Of a stretch of DNA of 64,000 nt, positions 10,776 to 19,086 are shown piece by piece (the first letter of the stretch is position 1; each line of letters begins with the position of its first letter). The DNA comes from an uncultured bacterium (GTDB taxonomy: Bacteria; Gemmatimonadota; Gemmatimonadetes; Palauibacterales; Palauibacteraceae): the NCBI GenBank assembly GCA_965370685.1, contig CBDUVN010000002.1, positions 15,065 to 79,064 on the forward strand, given 5' to 3'. The position numbers were made by a program, and so were the translations under genes. The notes under the pieces are model-generated. The model searched no databases. It was given only the letters and a program-made list of their open reading frames with translations, and was not told the origin of the DNA.

Positions 10776-11539
10776 GCATGCGGGCGAAGCCGCTGTTTGC
10801 GGCGAACTGGAAGATGTTCAAGGGTCCGCGGGAGACGGAGGAGTTCGTCGGTCGCTTTTCGTCTGTGTATTCCGCCCACCCGGACCGGAGGGTCGTGTTC
10901 TTTCCTCCTTCGATCAGTCTCGAAGCGTTCGTTCGGTCCACAGACCAGAGGCCGGACCTGGAAGTCGGAATCCAGGACGTGCACGAAGATGTCGATGGAG
11001 CTCATACCGGGAGCATCTCCGCACTCATGGCCGCTCAGGTGGGACTTGACTGGGCGCTCGCGGGTCACTCTGAGCGACGCCGGGAATTCGGGGATGACGA
11101 CGCGCTGGTCGCTGCAAAAGTCGGCCGGATCCTCGACTCGGGGCTGCGTCCGATCGTGTGTGTCGGCGAGACGCTGGAGGAGCGGGAGGCCGGAGTGCTG
11201 ACCGAGGTGCTCGAACGGCAGGTCCGTACGGTTCTCGCCTCCATGGATGCCGGGCCGCTGACCTGGGCGTACGAGCCGGTATGGGCGATCGGTACGGGCC
11301 GCACGGCGTCTCCGGAAGACGCAGGCCAGGCCCACGAGATCGTGAGACAGGCGATTCGGGGTGGAGGAGGTGGGGAACTGGCCGACTCGGCCGTGATCCT
11401 GTACGGTGGCAGCGTCAAGCCGTCGAACATCGAGGCGCTGATGGCGGTACCGGGTGTGGACGGAGTTCTGGTGGGTGGCGCGAGCCTGGATCCCGAGGCG
11501 TTCGCCGTGATCTGTGCCTGTCCGCTGGGAACGCGTTGA
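10772..11539 (+). CDS. tpiA: triosephosphate isomerase
   Basis: Motifs AANWKM, AYEPVWAIGTG, GGSV. ATGA overlap with the pgk stop. Confidence 0.93.
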   Translation: MSMRAKPLFAANWKMFKGPRETEEFVGRFSSVYSAHPDRRVVFFPPSISLEAFVRSTDQRPDLEVGIQDVHEDVDGAHTGSISALMAAQVGLDWALAGHSERRREFGDDDALVAAKVGRILDSGLRPIVCVGETLEEREAGVLTEVLERQVRTVLASMDAGPLTWAYEPVWAIGTGRTASPEDAGQAHEIVRQAIRGGGGGELADSAVILYGGSVKPSNIEALMAVPGVDGVLVGGASLDPEAFAVICACPLGTR

Positions 11540-11572
11540 CGGTTCCGGGCTGAAACGGTAACTTTGAATCTG

Positions 11573-11602
11573 CTGCGGGCCGAGAGGTCCGCAGCGTTTT
11601 TT
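11573..11602 (+). terminator. intrinsic terminator-like element between tpiA and secG (CUGCGGGC-CGAGAG-GUCCGCAG then CGUUUUUU)
   Basis: 8-bp stem including one G-U pair, followed by a run of 6 T. Seen directly. Confidence 0.6.
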
Positions 11603-11622
11603 ACACCGGAAACCGAGGACAG

Positions 11623-12051
11623 ATGTTTACCATACTCACTGTTCTGATAAGCCTGCTGGCGTTGTTCCTGATCGCGATCATTCTGTTGCAGTCGGGCAAG
11701 GGTGGGGGGCTCGCGGCCGAATTCGGGGGTGCTTCCTCTTCGACCGACTCGATCATGGGTGGCCGCCAGGCGGCCAATGTGCTCACGCGCGCGACCTGGA
11801 TTGGAGGGGGTCTGTTCCTGGGTCTCGCCCTGCTGCTCACGATTATTTCGGCCCGAGGCACGGGTCCGGCGGAATCGATCCTGCGGTCTGAATTTCAGGC
11901 ACCGGCCGGCGCCCCGACTTCGGTACTGGACTCGGAGGGCGAAGGGGCTCCGCCGTCCATGCTGCTGGACGACGCAGCGGGGGGCGAGGCAGAGCAGCCG
12001 GCTCCCGTCGATGGACCTCCGCCGGAAGAGGGCGAGGGCGGTTCGAACTGA
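11623..12051 (+). CDS. secG: preprotein translocase subunit SecG (with Ala/Pro/Glu-rich C-terminal tail)
   Basis: Two TM helices with LLQSGKGGGL motif. Classic position after gap-pgk-tpi. Confidence 0.85.
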   Translation: MFTILTVLISLLALFLIAIILLQSGKGGGLAAEFGGASSSTDSIMGGRQAANVLTRATWIGGGLFLGLALLLTIISARGTGPAESILRSEFQAPAGAPTSVLDSEGEGAPPSMLLDDAAGGEAEQPAPVDGPPPEEGEGGSN

Positions 12052-12089
12052 GCTGAGCACTTCGGGACGCGACAGGTTGTGCCGGGTTT

Positions 12090-12113
12090 CGGGCCGTCTT
12101 TCGGGGCGGCCCG
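12090..12113. terminator. GC-rich hairpin (CGGGCCG-N10-CGGCCCG) between convergent secG and rnhA
   Basis: 7-bp stem seen directly. No U-run, so factor-independence is uncertain. Confidence 0.45.
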
Positions 12114-12117
12114 ATGT

Positions 12118-12801
12118 TCATCGAGGAGGAGGCGCTGCGGGGTCGAACGGTTCGTCCGGCGGCACGTCGAAGAACTCCGGAAACCTGCCGGTGTCCTGTT
12201 CAGCCTCGATCCACGCCTCGAACCCGGACGGCACGAGACCATCGTACGACTTTCCCTCCTTCGCGGTGCGGGTCGCAAGATCGTTGGCATACTCGTTCTT
12301 CGGGTGTTCGGCGTGTCCCTTGACCCAGCGCCAGTCGATCCGGTGGCGTCGAGCCTCGTCTACCAGTTGACGCCACAATGCGAGGTTCTCGATCGGACCT
12401 CCCTTGCGCTTCCAGCCCTTCCTCGCCCAACCGTGTACCCACTCCGTCATTCCGCGCACTAGATACTGGCTGTCCGAAGTGAATGCGACATCACATGGGC
12501 GCTTGAGGCTGGAGAGACCGGCGATCGCGGACAGGAGGGCCATCTGGTTGTTCGTGGTGTCGGGCTCGAACAGAGCGTAGTCGCGCCGGTGCCAGCCGCG
12601 CCGATCGTCGAACCGCTCGATCAGGCCGGCTGCGGCTCCAGGGCGGGCACGGTCGCGGAACTGGTTGCCCAGACAGGACTCGTCCGCGTAGATATACACC
12701 GTTTTCTCATCCAAGGGACGCCCCGCGGGGTAGTTCCGTTTGTACGACGGAGCCTGAAGGGACGAAGCCCGTGCCGCTGACGCAAGTGTATGACGGAGCA
12801 C
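12118..12801 (-). CDS. rnhA: ribonuclease HI homolog with N- and C-terminal extensions. The second catalytic carboxylate (Glu in TNNxMEL) appears replaced by Ala.
   Basis: Motifs DESCLGN, TTNNQMALLSAI, TSDSQY, KGHAEHPKNEYANDLA align to the E. coli RNase HI DEDD core. The 5' end of the ORF overlaps the divergent carA start by 31 nt, so the true start may be internal. Confidence 0.75.
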   Translation of the reverse strand: MLRHTLASAARASSLQAPSYKRNYPAGRPLDEKTVYIYADESCLGNQFRDRARPGAAAGLIERFDDRRGWHRRDYALFEPDTTNNQMALLSAIAGLSSLKRPCDVAFTSDSQYLVRGMTEWVHGWARKGWKRKGGPIENLALWRQLVDEARRHRIDWRWVKGHAEHPKNEYANDLATRTAKEGKSYDGLVPSGFEAWIEAEQDTGRFPEFFDVPPDEPFDPAAPPPR

Positions 12802-13901
12802 TCCTGCTCGAGGACGGTCGCCGGTTTCCGGGAGGACTGGCCGGAAGCAGATCGGCGGGTGTCGGAGAGATCGTGTTCACGACGAATCTCACCGGCTATC
12901 AGGAAGTCCTTACCGATCCGTCGTTCGCCGGCCAGATCGTCGTGATGACGGCGCCGATGATCGGGAACTACGGCACCACCGGTCTCGACGCCCAGTCCCG
13001 TCGTCCGTGGGTGGCGGGTTTCGTGGTGAGAGAGCTGTCCGATGCACGGCACGGGTGGCGGACGGAGCAATCTCTCCCGGCGTATCTCGAGCTACACGAG
13101 ATTCCGACGCTGGTCGGCGTCGACACACGGGCCGTGACGCGGCATGTCCGGGAGCTGGGAGCCATGCGCGCGCTGATCGTGCCCGCCGAGTGGAGTGAGG
13201 ACCGGGCACTCGAGAGACTTCGCTCGGAGCCGCCGATGCAGGGTCGGGACCTGGCGACCGGCGTGACGACTCCCCGGCCGTACGAGATCGGGGCGAGTGG
13301 TCAGGAGCGGGGTGTCGTGGTGTGCATTGACTACGGAGTGAAACAACGGAGCCTCGATCTGATCGCCTCCGCCGGGTTCCGAGTGCGGGTCGAGCCCTCA
13401 TCGGTCGCTGTGCAGGAGATCCTCGCACGAAAGCCGGTCGGAATATTCGTGTCGAACGGGCCGGGTGACCCGGAAGCGATTCCCGACGCACCCGAGAAGC
13501 TCCGGGAGCTGGCCGGCGCCGGGCTGCCGGTGTTCGGCATCTGTCTCGGGTGTCAGCTGATCGCTCGGGCATTCGGTGGCAGCACCTGGAAGCTTCCGTA
13601 CGGACACCGCGGCGGGAATCACCCGGTTCGGAATCTCGACACCGGAGCGGTGGAAATCACCTCGCAGAATCACGGGTTCGCGATCGTCGGAGAGGGGGAC
13701 GAAGTGGCCGGAGCGCCGGTGCTCCGCGTCACCCACCGCAACCTCAACGACGGAACGATCGAAGGCGTTGCGCACTCGGATCTTCCGGTGTTTGCGGTCC
13801 AGTATCACCCCGAGGCGGCGCCCGGTCCACACGACAGTCGGTACCTGTTCGATCGCTTCGTCGAAGCGATAAGCGCAAGTATCGCTCCCCCAACTGGTTG
13901 A
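12771..13901 (+). CDS. carA: carbamoyl-phosphate synthase small (glutaminase) subunit CarA
   Basis: N-terminal CarA domain and GATase triad region (GICLGCQL, HRGGNHPV). Confidence 0.93.
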   Translation: MPLTQVYDGALLLEDGRRFPGGLAGSRSAGVGEIVFTTNLTGYQEVLTDPSFAGQIVVMTAPMIGNYGTTGLDAQSRRPWVAGFVVRELSDARHGWRTEQSLPAYLELHEIPTLVGVDTRAVTRHVRELGAMRALIVPAEWSEDRALERLRSEPPMQGRDLATGVTTPRPYEIGASGQERGVVVCIDYGVKQRSLDLIASAGFRVRVEPSSVAVQEILARKPVGIFVSNGPGDPEAIPDAPEKLRELAGAGLPVFGICLGCQLIARAFGGSTWKLPYGHRGGNHPVRNLDTGAVEITSQNHGFAIVGEGDEVAGAPVLRVTHRNLNDGTIEGVAHSDLPVFAVQYHPEAAPGPHDSRYLFDRFVEAISASIAPPTG

Positions 13902-14009
13902 CAGCGCTCCGCCCCTGACGCTACGTTTCCGCGTCGTCGGAGGGCGTGGTGGGCTTCTCCGGTCCCCCTCGCTTCTCGAGTATTCCCCATCTAGTGGGGG
14001 CATCTGGAC

Positions 14010-14906
14010 TTGCAGCGACGCACCGGTATTCTCGGAATCGTACTCCTGCTCGTGCTGTTCGCGTCGGGCGCGTTCTTGACCGCCAGGCTTCTGCTTGGAG
14101 GACGGGTTCCGGGTCTGACGAGGAAGCGGGTAGCCGTGCTTCCGATTGTCGGCATCATCGACTCTGAGACTAGATTCGTCCGGGAGCTTCAAGCGTTTCG
14201 CGACGATCCGTCGGTTCGCGCCTTCGTGCTGGAGATTCGATCTCCCGGCGGAGGTGTCGGCGCCTCGCAGTCGATTCACGCCGAGCTGCAGCGGCTTCGC
14301 ATGGAGGATGACAGGCCGCTGATCGCCTGGATCGGCGATATCGGGGCGTCGGGCGGCTACTACGTCGCTCTGCCGGCGGACTCGATCTTCGCCTTGCCTG
14401 GCTCGATCACGGGTTCTATCGGCGTGATCATGCAGTTTCCGAACGCGGAAGAGCTGTTTCGCAAAGTCGGCGTCGAGCTCCAGGTAGTGAAGAGCGGACG
14501 TCTGAAGGACATGGGCTCCCCGGTACGGGAACTGTCGGAGGAGGAACGGCAGGTCCTGCAGGGGCTCGTAGACGATGTATGGAACCAGTTCGTGGACGCG
14601 GTCGCGGATGGTCGGGATATGGACCGTGCCCGGGTGGTCGAGCTGGCCGATGGTCGAGTGTTCTCAGGCGAGAGAGCGTGGAGGCAGGGGCTGGTGGACC
14701 GACTCGGGACCCTGCAGGACGCGGTGGACACGGCCGGGCGGATGTCAGGCCTCGGTGAGCGACCGCGGATCGTGCGGCCGTCGCGGGAGAAGGTCAGCCT
14801 GCTCGATCTGCTCAGTGGCGTCGACGAAACGCGAATTGCGGCCTGGATTCAGATGGTAAAGACCGGAGCAGGCGGTACGCCCCGGTTGAACTACGAGTGG
14901 CCATGA
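14010..14906 (+). CDS. sppA: signal peptide peptidase SppA, 36K type
   Basis: N-terminal TM helix, ClpP/crotonase-like fold with GDIGASGGYY (Ser nucleophile) and a downstream Lys. TTG start. Confidence 0.8.
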   Translation: MQRRTGILGIVLLLVLFASGAFLTARLLLGGRVPGLTRKRVAVLPIVGIIDSETRFVRELQAFRDDPSVRAFVLEIRSPGGGVGASQSIHAELQRLRMEDDRPLIAWIGDIGASGGYYVALPADSIFALPGSITGSIGVIMQFPNAEELFRKVGVELQVVKSGRLKDMGSPVRELSEEERQVLQGLVDDVWNQFVDAVADGRDMDRARVVELADGRVFSGERAWRQGLVDRLGTLQDAVDTAGRMSGLGERPRIVRPSREKVSLLDLLSGVDETRIAAWIQMVKTGAGGTPRLNYEWP

Positions 14907-14956
14907 GGCGCCGGCGCCCTCGGGCGCCGTAACACCCCGGCGGGAGGTAATCAGCC

Positions 14957-15259
14957 ATGACGAAAGCGGACCTGGTGGAACAGGTGTACGAGGCGATCGG
15001 GCCGGGAGTGACGAAGAAAGACTGCGGAGCGGTCGTCGATGCGTTTCTCAATGCCGTGAAGCTGGCGCTCGCCAATGGCCAGCACATCGAGATTCGCGGC
15101 TTCGGCACGTTCAAGGTGAGGCAACGTCGTCCGAGGATCGCCCGGAATCCACGCACCGGGGAGACGGTCGAGGTCCCGTCCCGGGCGGTGCCGGTGTTCA
15201 AGCCGTCCCGACTGTTCAAGGCAGAGGTGGACGAGCACAAGCTCGAATACAAGGTCTGA
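14957..15259 (+). CDS. HU/IHF-family DNA-binding protein
   Basis: 100 aa. Motifs GFGTFKV and RNPRTGE typical of IHF/HU. Confidence 0.82.
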   Translation: MTKADLVEQVYEAIGPGVTKKDCGAVVDAFLNAVKLALANGQHIEIRGFGTFKVRQRRPRIARNPRTGETVEVPSRAVPVFKPSRLFKAEVDEHKLEYKV

Positions 15260-15269
15260 GGTTAAAAGA

Positions 15270-15297
15270 CGGCGGGCCCTCCCGGAAAGGCCCGCCG
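15270..15297. terminator. bidirectional GC-rich hairpin (GGCGGGCC...GGCCCGCC) between convergent IHF/HU and aminotransferase genes, with a U-run on the minus-strand side
   Basis: 9-bp stem and 10-nt loop. TTAAAAG adjacent gives UCUUUUAA after the hairpin in the minus-strand transcript. Confidence 0.6.
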
Positions 15298-15308
15298 CAT
15301 TGCACCGG

Positions 15309-16553
15309 TCAGGTTGAACCGAACCAGGCCCGAATCCGGTCGGCTCCTTCGGCGAAGACTTCGTCCTCGACCGAGAAATTGAGGCGGAGAAATCCCGGAG
15401 TGCCGAACGCCTCACCGGGCACGGTGGCCACTCCCGTCTCCACCAGAAGCGACTCGGCGACCGCCGCTGAGTCCGTGCTCGCCTCATCGCCCGAACCGAG
15501 GCGGCCGTACAGGTAGATCGCTCCCGGCGGGAGCGGAGCCTCGAATCCCGGGATTCCCTGCAGGGCGGCGTGCGCGGCCCTGCGTCTCCGGTCCAGGATC
15601 TGCCGGAAGTCCCCGATGATCGCCTCCCGGGCCTCCGACGCGATCACCGCCGCCGCCGCGTACTGCGACGGTCCCGCTGCGGCTGACGTGGTCTGGCTCT
15701 GAAGAGCGGAGGCCTTCCGGATGAGTTCGGGAGGACCGACGGCCCAGCCGACTCGCCAGCCCGGCATCGAGAACGCCTTCGACATTCCGTCCATCGCCAC
15801 GATGTGGTCCGGCCGGTCCTGCACGTCGAACACAGATGGGGCTGCCTCGCCCTCGTAGTACAGGCGGCGGTAGATCTCATCCGACAGGATCCAGATTCCG
15901 TGCTCCCCCGCCCAGGCGCAGATTTCCTCGAGCGTGCCGATATCCATCACCGCCCCCGAAGGGTTCGAGGGACTGTTGAGAAGCAGGCCCCGCGTGTTCT
16001 CGGTGCGCTGCGCCTCGAGTTGATCTACCGACAGGGCGAAATCCTCGTCGAACTCTGTTGGCACCACGACCGGGTTGGCACGCCCGAGTTCGACGACCGG
16101 GAGATAGGAGGGCCAGAATGGCGCCGGGACGAGAACTTCGTCCCCCTCTCCGAACAGGCAGAAGCAGAGATTGAACAGCGCCTGCTTGACTCCCGCGCTC
16201 ACGAGGACACCGGCCGGGTCGTCCGGAGCGTGAGAAGATGTCTCACCGAGATAGCGAGCGACCCCTTCGCGCAACTCAGGTACGCCGGGAGTGGGAGGGT
16301 AGCCTGTGCGACCGGCCCGGACCGACGCGGCCGCTCCTTCGGCCGCAACCTCGGGCGTCGGGAATGAGGGCTCTCCCGCGGAGAGATCGATGATCGATTG
16401 ACCCTCGGCTCGCATCTTCCTGGCCCGCGCAGTGATTGCCAGGGTCGCGGACGGGGTGAGTGCGGCGACGTTATCTGAAAAACGCACAATGACTCCCGCG
16501 TCGGGGAATTGAAGCAGATGGGAGGGGGCGATAGATTCCGCCGCGCGCTCCAC
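15309..16553 (-). CDS. class I/II pyridoxal-phosphate aminotransferase (aspartate aminotransferase family)
   Basis: 414 aa. N-terminus ...SATLAITARARKMRAEGQSIIDLSAGEP and NSPSNPSG motif. PLP Lys region present. Confidence 0.82.
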   Translation of the reverse strand: MERAAESIAPSHLLQFPDAGVIVRFSDNVAALTPSATLAITARARKMRAEGQSIIDLSAGEPSFPTPEVAAEGAAASVRAGRTGYPPTPGVPELREGVARYLGETSSHAPDDPAGVLVSAGVKQALFNLCFCLFGEGDEVLVPAPFWPSYLPVVELGRANPVVVPTEFDEDFALSVDQLEAQRTENTRGLLLNSPSNPSGAVMDIGTLEEICAWAGEHGIWILSDEIYRRLYYEGEAAPSVFDVQDRPDHIVAMDGMSKAFSMPGWRVGWAVGPPELIRKASALQSQTTSAAAGPSQYAAAAVIASEAREAIIGDFRQILDRRRRAAHAALQGIPGFEAPLPPGAIYLYGRLGSGDEASTDSAAVAESLLVETGVATVPGEAFGTPGFLRLNFSVEDEVFAEGADRIRAWFGST

Positions 16554-16655
16554 TCGAGATCAGTGCTCGGATCCATGGAGAGTGTCCGGAACACCGGATG
16601 AAAAAGTATTCCACGCGCCGCGAAGGCGTCAAGAAGGCGGAAAGGGCGACGATTC

Positions 16656-16952
16656 ATGATCAGCGAGACCCTCACGGCGATGAGTCCGGAACGGACGATC
16701 GACGTGGCGAAGCGGTTCTTCACCGACTCCGGTGCCATGCTCCCCGCTACGATCGTGAACGAGGGGGAGAATCACCTGACGGTCGCGACGTTCCGCAGCC
16801 GCCTGGCCATCTCCGCCTGGCCGGACCCTGATGGCCGGGGAACGCGGGTCCGGGTCAGCACGCTTCGCCGTGACGACGCGGTCGGCAAGCTTCTCACCCT
16901 GCTCGCGACGAGCGAGACCGGGGACGAAGCGGGTTCGTCGGGCCCTGAATGA
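16656..16952 (+). CDS. hypothetical protein (98 aa), translationally coupled to moaD
   Basis: ORF ends ATGA-overlapping the moaD start. No family recognisable. Confidence 0.4.
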   Translation: MISETLTAMSPERTIDVAKRFFTDSGAMLPATIVNEGENHLTVATFRSRLAISAWPDPDGRGTRVRVSTLRRDDAVGKLLTLLATSETGDEAGSSGPE

Positions 16953-17206
16953 CACTCGCCGTCGTCCCGGTCCGCGTCCTCCTGTTCGGCTGGTACCGGG
17001 AGCTGGCCGGCACGGGCGAGATCCAGCTCGATCTTCCCGCCGGCAGTCGGGTCGAGGACCTGATCGCTGAGATCCGAGCGGACCCGGCGTTTGCAGACAT
17101 CTCATCCTCGCCGGCAGTCGCCGTCAATCGCCGGTACTCGCCTGGCAGCCGGGTGCTGTTTCCCGACGACGAGGTCGCCCTCATTCCTCCGATGTCCGGT
17201 GGCTGA
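16949..17206 (+). CDS. moaD: molybdopterin synthase sulfur-carrier subunit MoaD
   Basis: 85 aa ThiS/MoaD fold ending in Gly-Gly (PPMSGG). Confidence 0.8.
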   Translation: MTLAVVPVRVLLFGWYRELAGTGEIQLDLPAGSRVEDLIAEIRADPAFADISSSPAVAVNRRYSPGSRVLFPDDEVALIPPMSGG

Positions 17207-17681
17207 CTCCGACGCACGGGTCGGGGTCGCCTCCCGGCCGATATCGGCATCGGCGCTGGCGTCGGCCGTCGGCGCGAGGACCGATGGGGCAATCGTCACA
17301 TTCGAAGGCCGGGTTCGGGCCCGGAACCAGGATCTTTCAGTTCTCCGGCTGCACTACGAATCGTACGATGCGATGGCCGATGAGGTGCTGAGGCAGATCG
17401 CGGCCGAAGCCCGTGACCGGTTCGGCGTCGGGGAAGTCGCGGTACTGCATCGCGCCGGATCGCTGGAGGTCGGCGAAGTAAGCGTCGCGATTGCCGCCTG
17501 TGCTCCTCATCGGGCGGCCGCATTCGATGCGGTGCGGTATGTGATCGAGCAGATCAAGACCCGGCTGCCGATCTGGAAGCGAGAAGAGTACGAAGACGGA
17601 ACGAGCCGGTGGCTCGACGGCGCCGTGCCTCCGGTCACGCCGGACAGCGGTGCCGATCCCGGCACGGGAGCTGGCACATGA
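17199..17681 (+). CDS. moaE: molybdopterin synthase catalytic subunit MoaE
   Basis: GTG start overlapping the moaD stop (GTGGCTGA). MoaE motifs (IVTFEGRVR, LHYESY, LPIWKRE). Confidence 0.82.
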   Translation: MADSDARVGVASRPISASALASAVGARTDGAIVTFEGRVRARNQDLSVLRLHYESYDAMADEVLRQIAAEARDRFGVGEVAVLHRAGSLEVGEVSVAIAACAPHRAAAFDAVRYVIEQIKTRLPIWKREEYEDGTSRWLDGAVPPVTPDSGADPGTGAGT

Positions 17682-18658
17682 GGGACGGCCTGGGCAGGAC
17701 GATCAACTACCTGCGGATCTCGGTGATCGACAAGTGCAATCTGCGCTGCACGTACTGCATGCCGGTCGAAGGATTCGAGTGGATTCCGAAGTCGGAGATC
17801 CTGCGGTACGAGGAGATCCAGTCGATCGTTCGCGAGATGGCGGGCATGGGGTTGCGCCGCGTCCGCATCACCGGAGGAGAGCCGCTCGTCCGGCAGGATC
17901 TCCCGGAACTCGTGCGACAGCTGAGGACGATTCCGGAGATCGAGGACATATCTCTGTCCACCAATGCGATTCTCCTCCCGCGGTTCGCCACGGAACTGCG
18001 ACTCGCCGGCGTGGACCGGGTGAACATCAGTCTGGATACGCTGCGACGGGACCGGTTCGAGGAAATCGCCCGGCGCCCCGTGCGGTTGTTCGACGAAACC
18101 ATGAAAGGAATCGCGGCCGCCGAAAGCGCCGGCTTCACTCCGATCAAGATCAACACGGTCCTGTTGCGTGGCATCAACGACGACGAAGTGGTGGCGTTTG
18201 CCCGGATGACCCGGACGAGACCGTGGCACGTCAGGTTCATCGAGCTGATGCCGGTGGGCGAGAACCTGCACCTGGCGGACCGGTTCATAGGCACCGACGA
18301 GGTCCTGGCGCGCCTGCTGGAGATCGACGAATTGCTTCCCGACGAAGGGCCGATAGGAAACGGTCCGGCCCGGTACTACCGGTTCGCGGGGGCTCCCGGC
18401 TCGGTCGGTGTGATCACGCCGCTGTCGCACAACTACTGCGATTCGTGCAACCGGTTGCGGCTCACGGCCGATGGCCGGCTCCGGACCTGTCTGTTCGGGA
18501 CGCACGAGGTGGACCTCAAGACGCCACTTCGCGCTACTGGCTCGGTTCGGAGCCAGGTGGAGGGCGCCCTGCAGGACAAGCCGGAACGACACTTGCTGGT
18601 ACTGGGTAGCGACTCGGGGAGTGGGGGCCTCGGCGCGCTGAGCCAGGTCGGCGGCTGA
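17678..18658 (+). CDS. moaA: GTP 3',8-cyclase MoaA (radical SAM)
   Basis: CNLRCTYC radical-SAM cluster motif, C-terminal CDSCNRLRLTADGRLRTC, C-terminal Gly-Gly. ATGA overlap with the moaE stop. Confidence 0.93.
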   Translation: MRDGLGRTINYLRISVIDKCNLRCTYCMPVEGFEWIPKSEILRYEEIQSIVREMAGMGLRRVRITGGEPLVRQDLPELVRQLRTIPEIEDISLSTNAILLPRFATELRLAGVDRVNISLDTLRRDRFEEIARRPVRLFDETMKGIAAAESAGFTPIKINTVLLRGINDDEVVAFARMTRTRPWHVRFIELMPVGENLHLADRFIGTDEVLARLLEIDELLPDEGPIGNGPARYYRFAGAPGSVGVITPLSHNYCDSCNRLRLTADGRLRTCLFGTHEVDLKTPLRATGSVRSQVEGALQDKPERHLLVLGSDSGSGGLGALSQVGG

Positions 18659-18681
18659 CCGAACAGGACAGGAGTCCGAGA

Positions 18682-18921
18682 ATGACATGGGAAGAAAGAG
18701 AGCGGTACAAGGCTGGTCGGTCACGCCTCGACGAGCTTCGCGTCCGACTGGCGGACGGCTCGCCGGAGGAAACGTTGAGTCGCGGTGACGCACTCGAGAT
18801 TCTCGATCTCCTCGAGATGTTCGCCGAGCGGATGAGTCCCGAGCGCTGGGACCGGACGCTGGAGGTGATCGCAGATGAAGCCGCCCGTCGAGTGGACGTC
18901 ATGGCTGCCCGCCGAAACTGA
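18682..18921 (+). CDS. hypothetical protein (79 aa, predicted helical)
   Basis: ORF immediately downstream of moaA. No recognisable family. Confidence 0.35.
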   Translation: MTWEERERYKAGRSRLDELRVRLADGSPEETLSRGDALEILDLLEMFAERMSPERWDRTLEVIADEAARRVDVMAARRN

Positions 18922-19025
18922 GGGCCCTCCCCGGCATTCGGAGTCGCGCCACCCGGTTGCGGTTCCGGGCTCGTCCGGTAGCTTGAACCACAGCGGCGTG
19001 TTCTGTCTCGTCCTCCTCGGGATCG

Positions 19026-19060
19026 GACACGTCGGACCAGCGGTGTCTCTTCGATTTTTT
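19026..19060 (+). terminator. intrinsic terminator-like hairpin (GACAC-N12-GUGUC) followed by UCUUCGAUUUUUU
   Basis: Stem plus T-run seen about 100 nt downstream of the small ORF, upstream of mdh. Confidence 0.5.
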
Positions 19061-19086
19061 CCAACCTGAAGAACGGACGGTTCATC

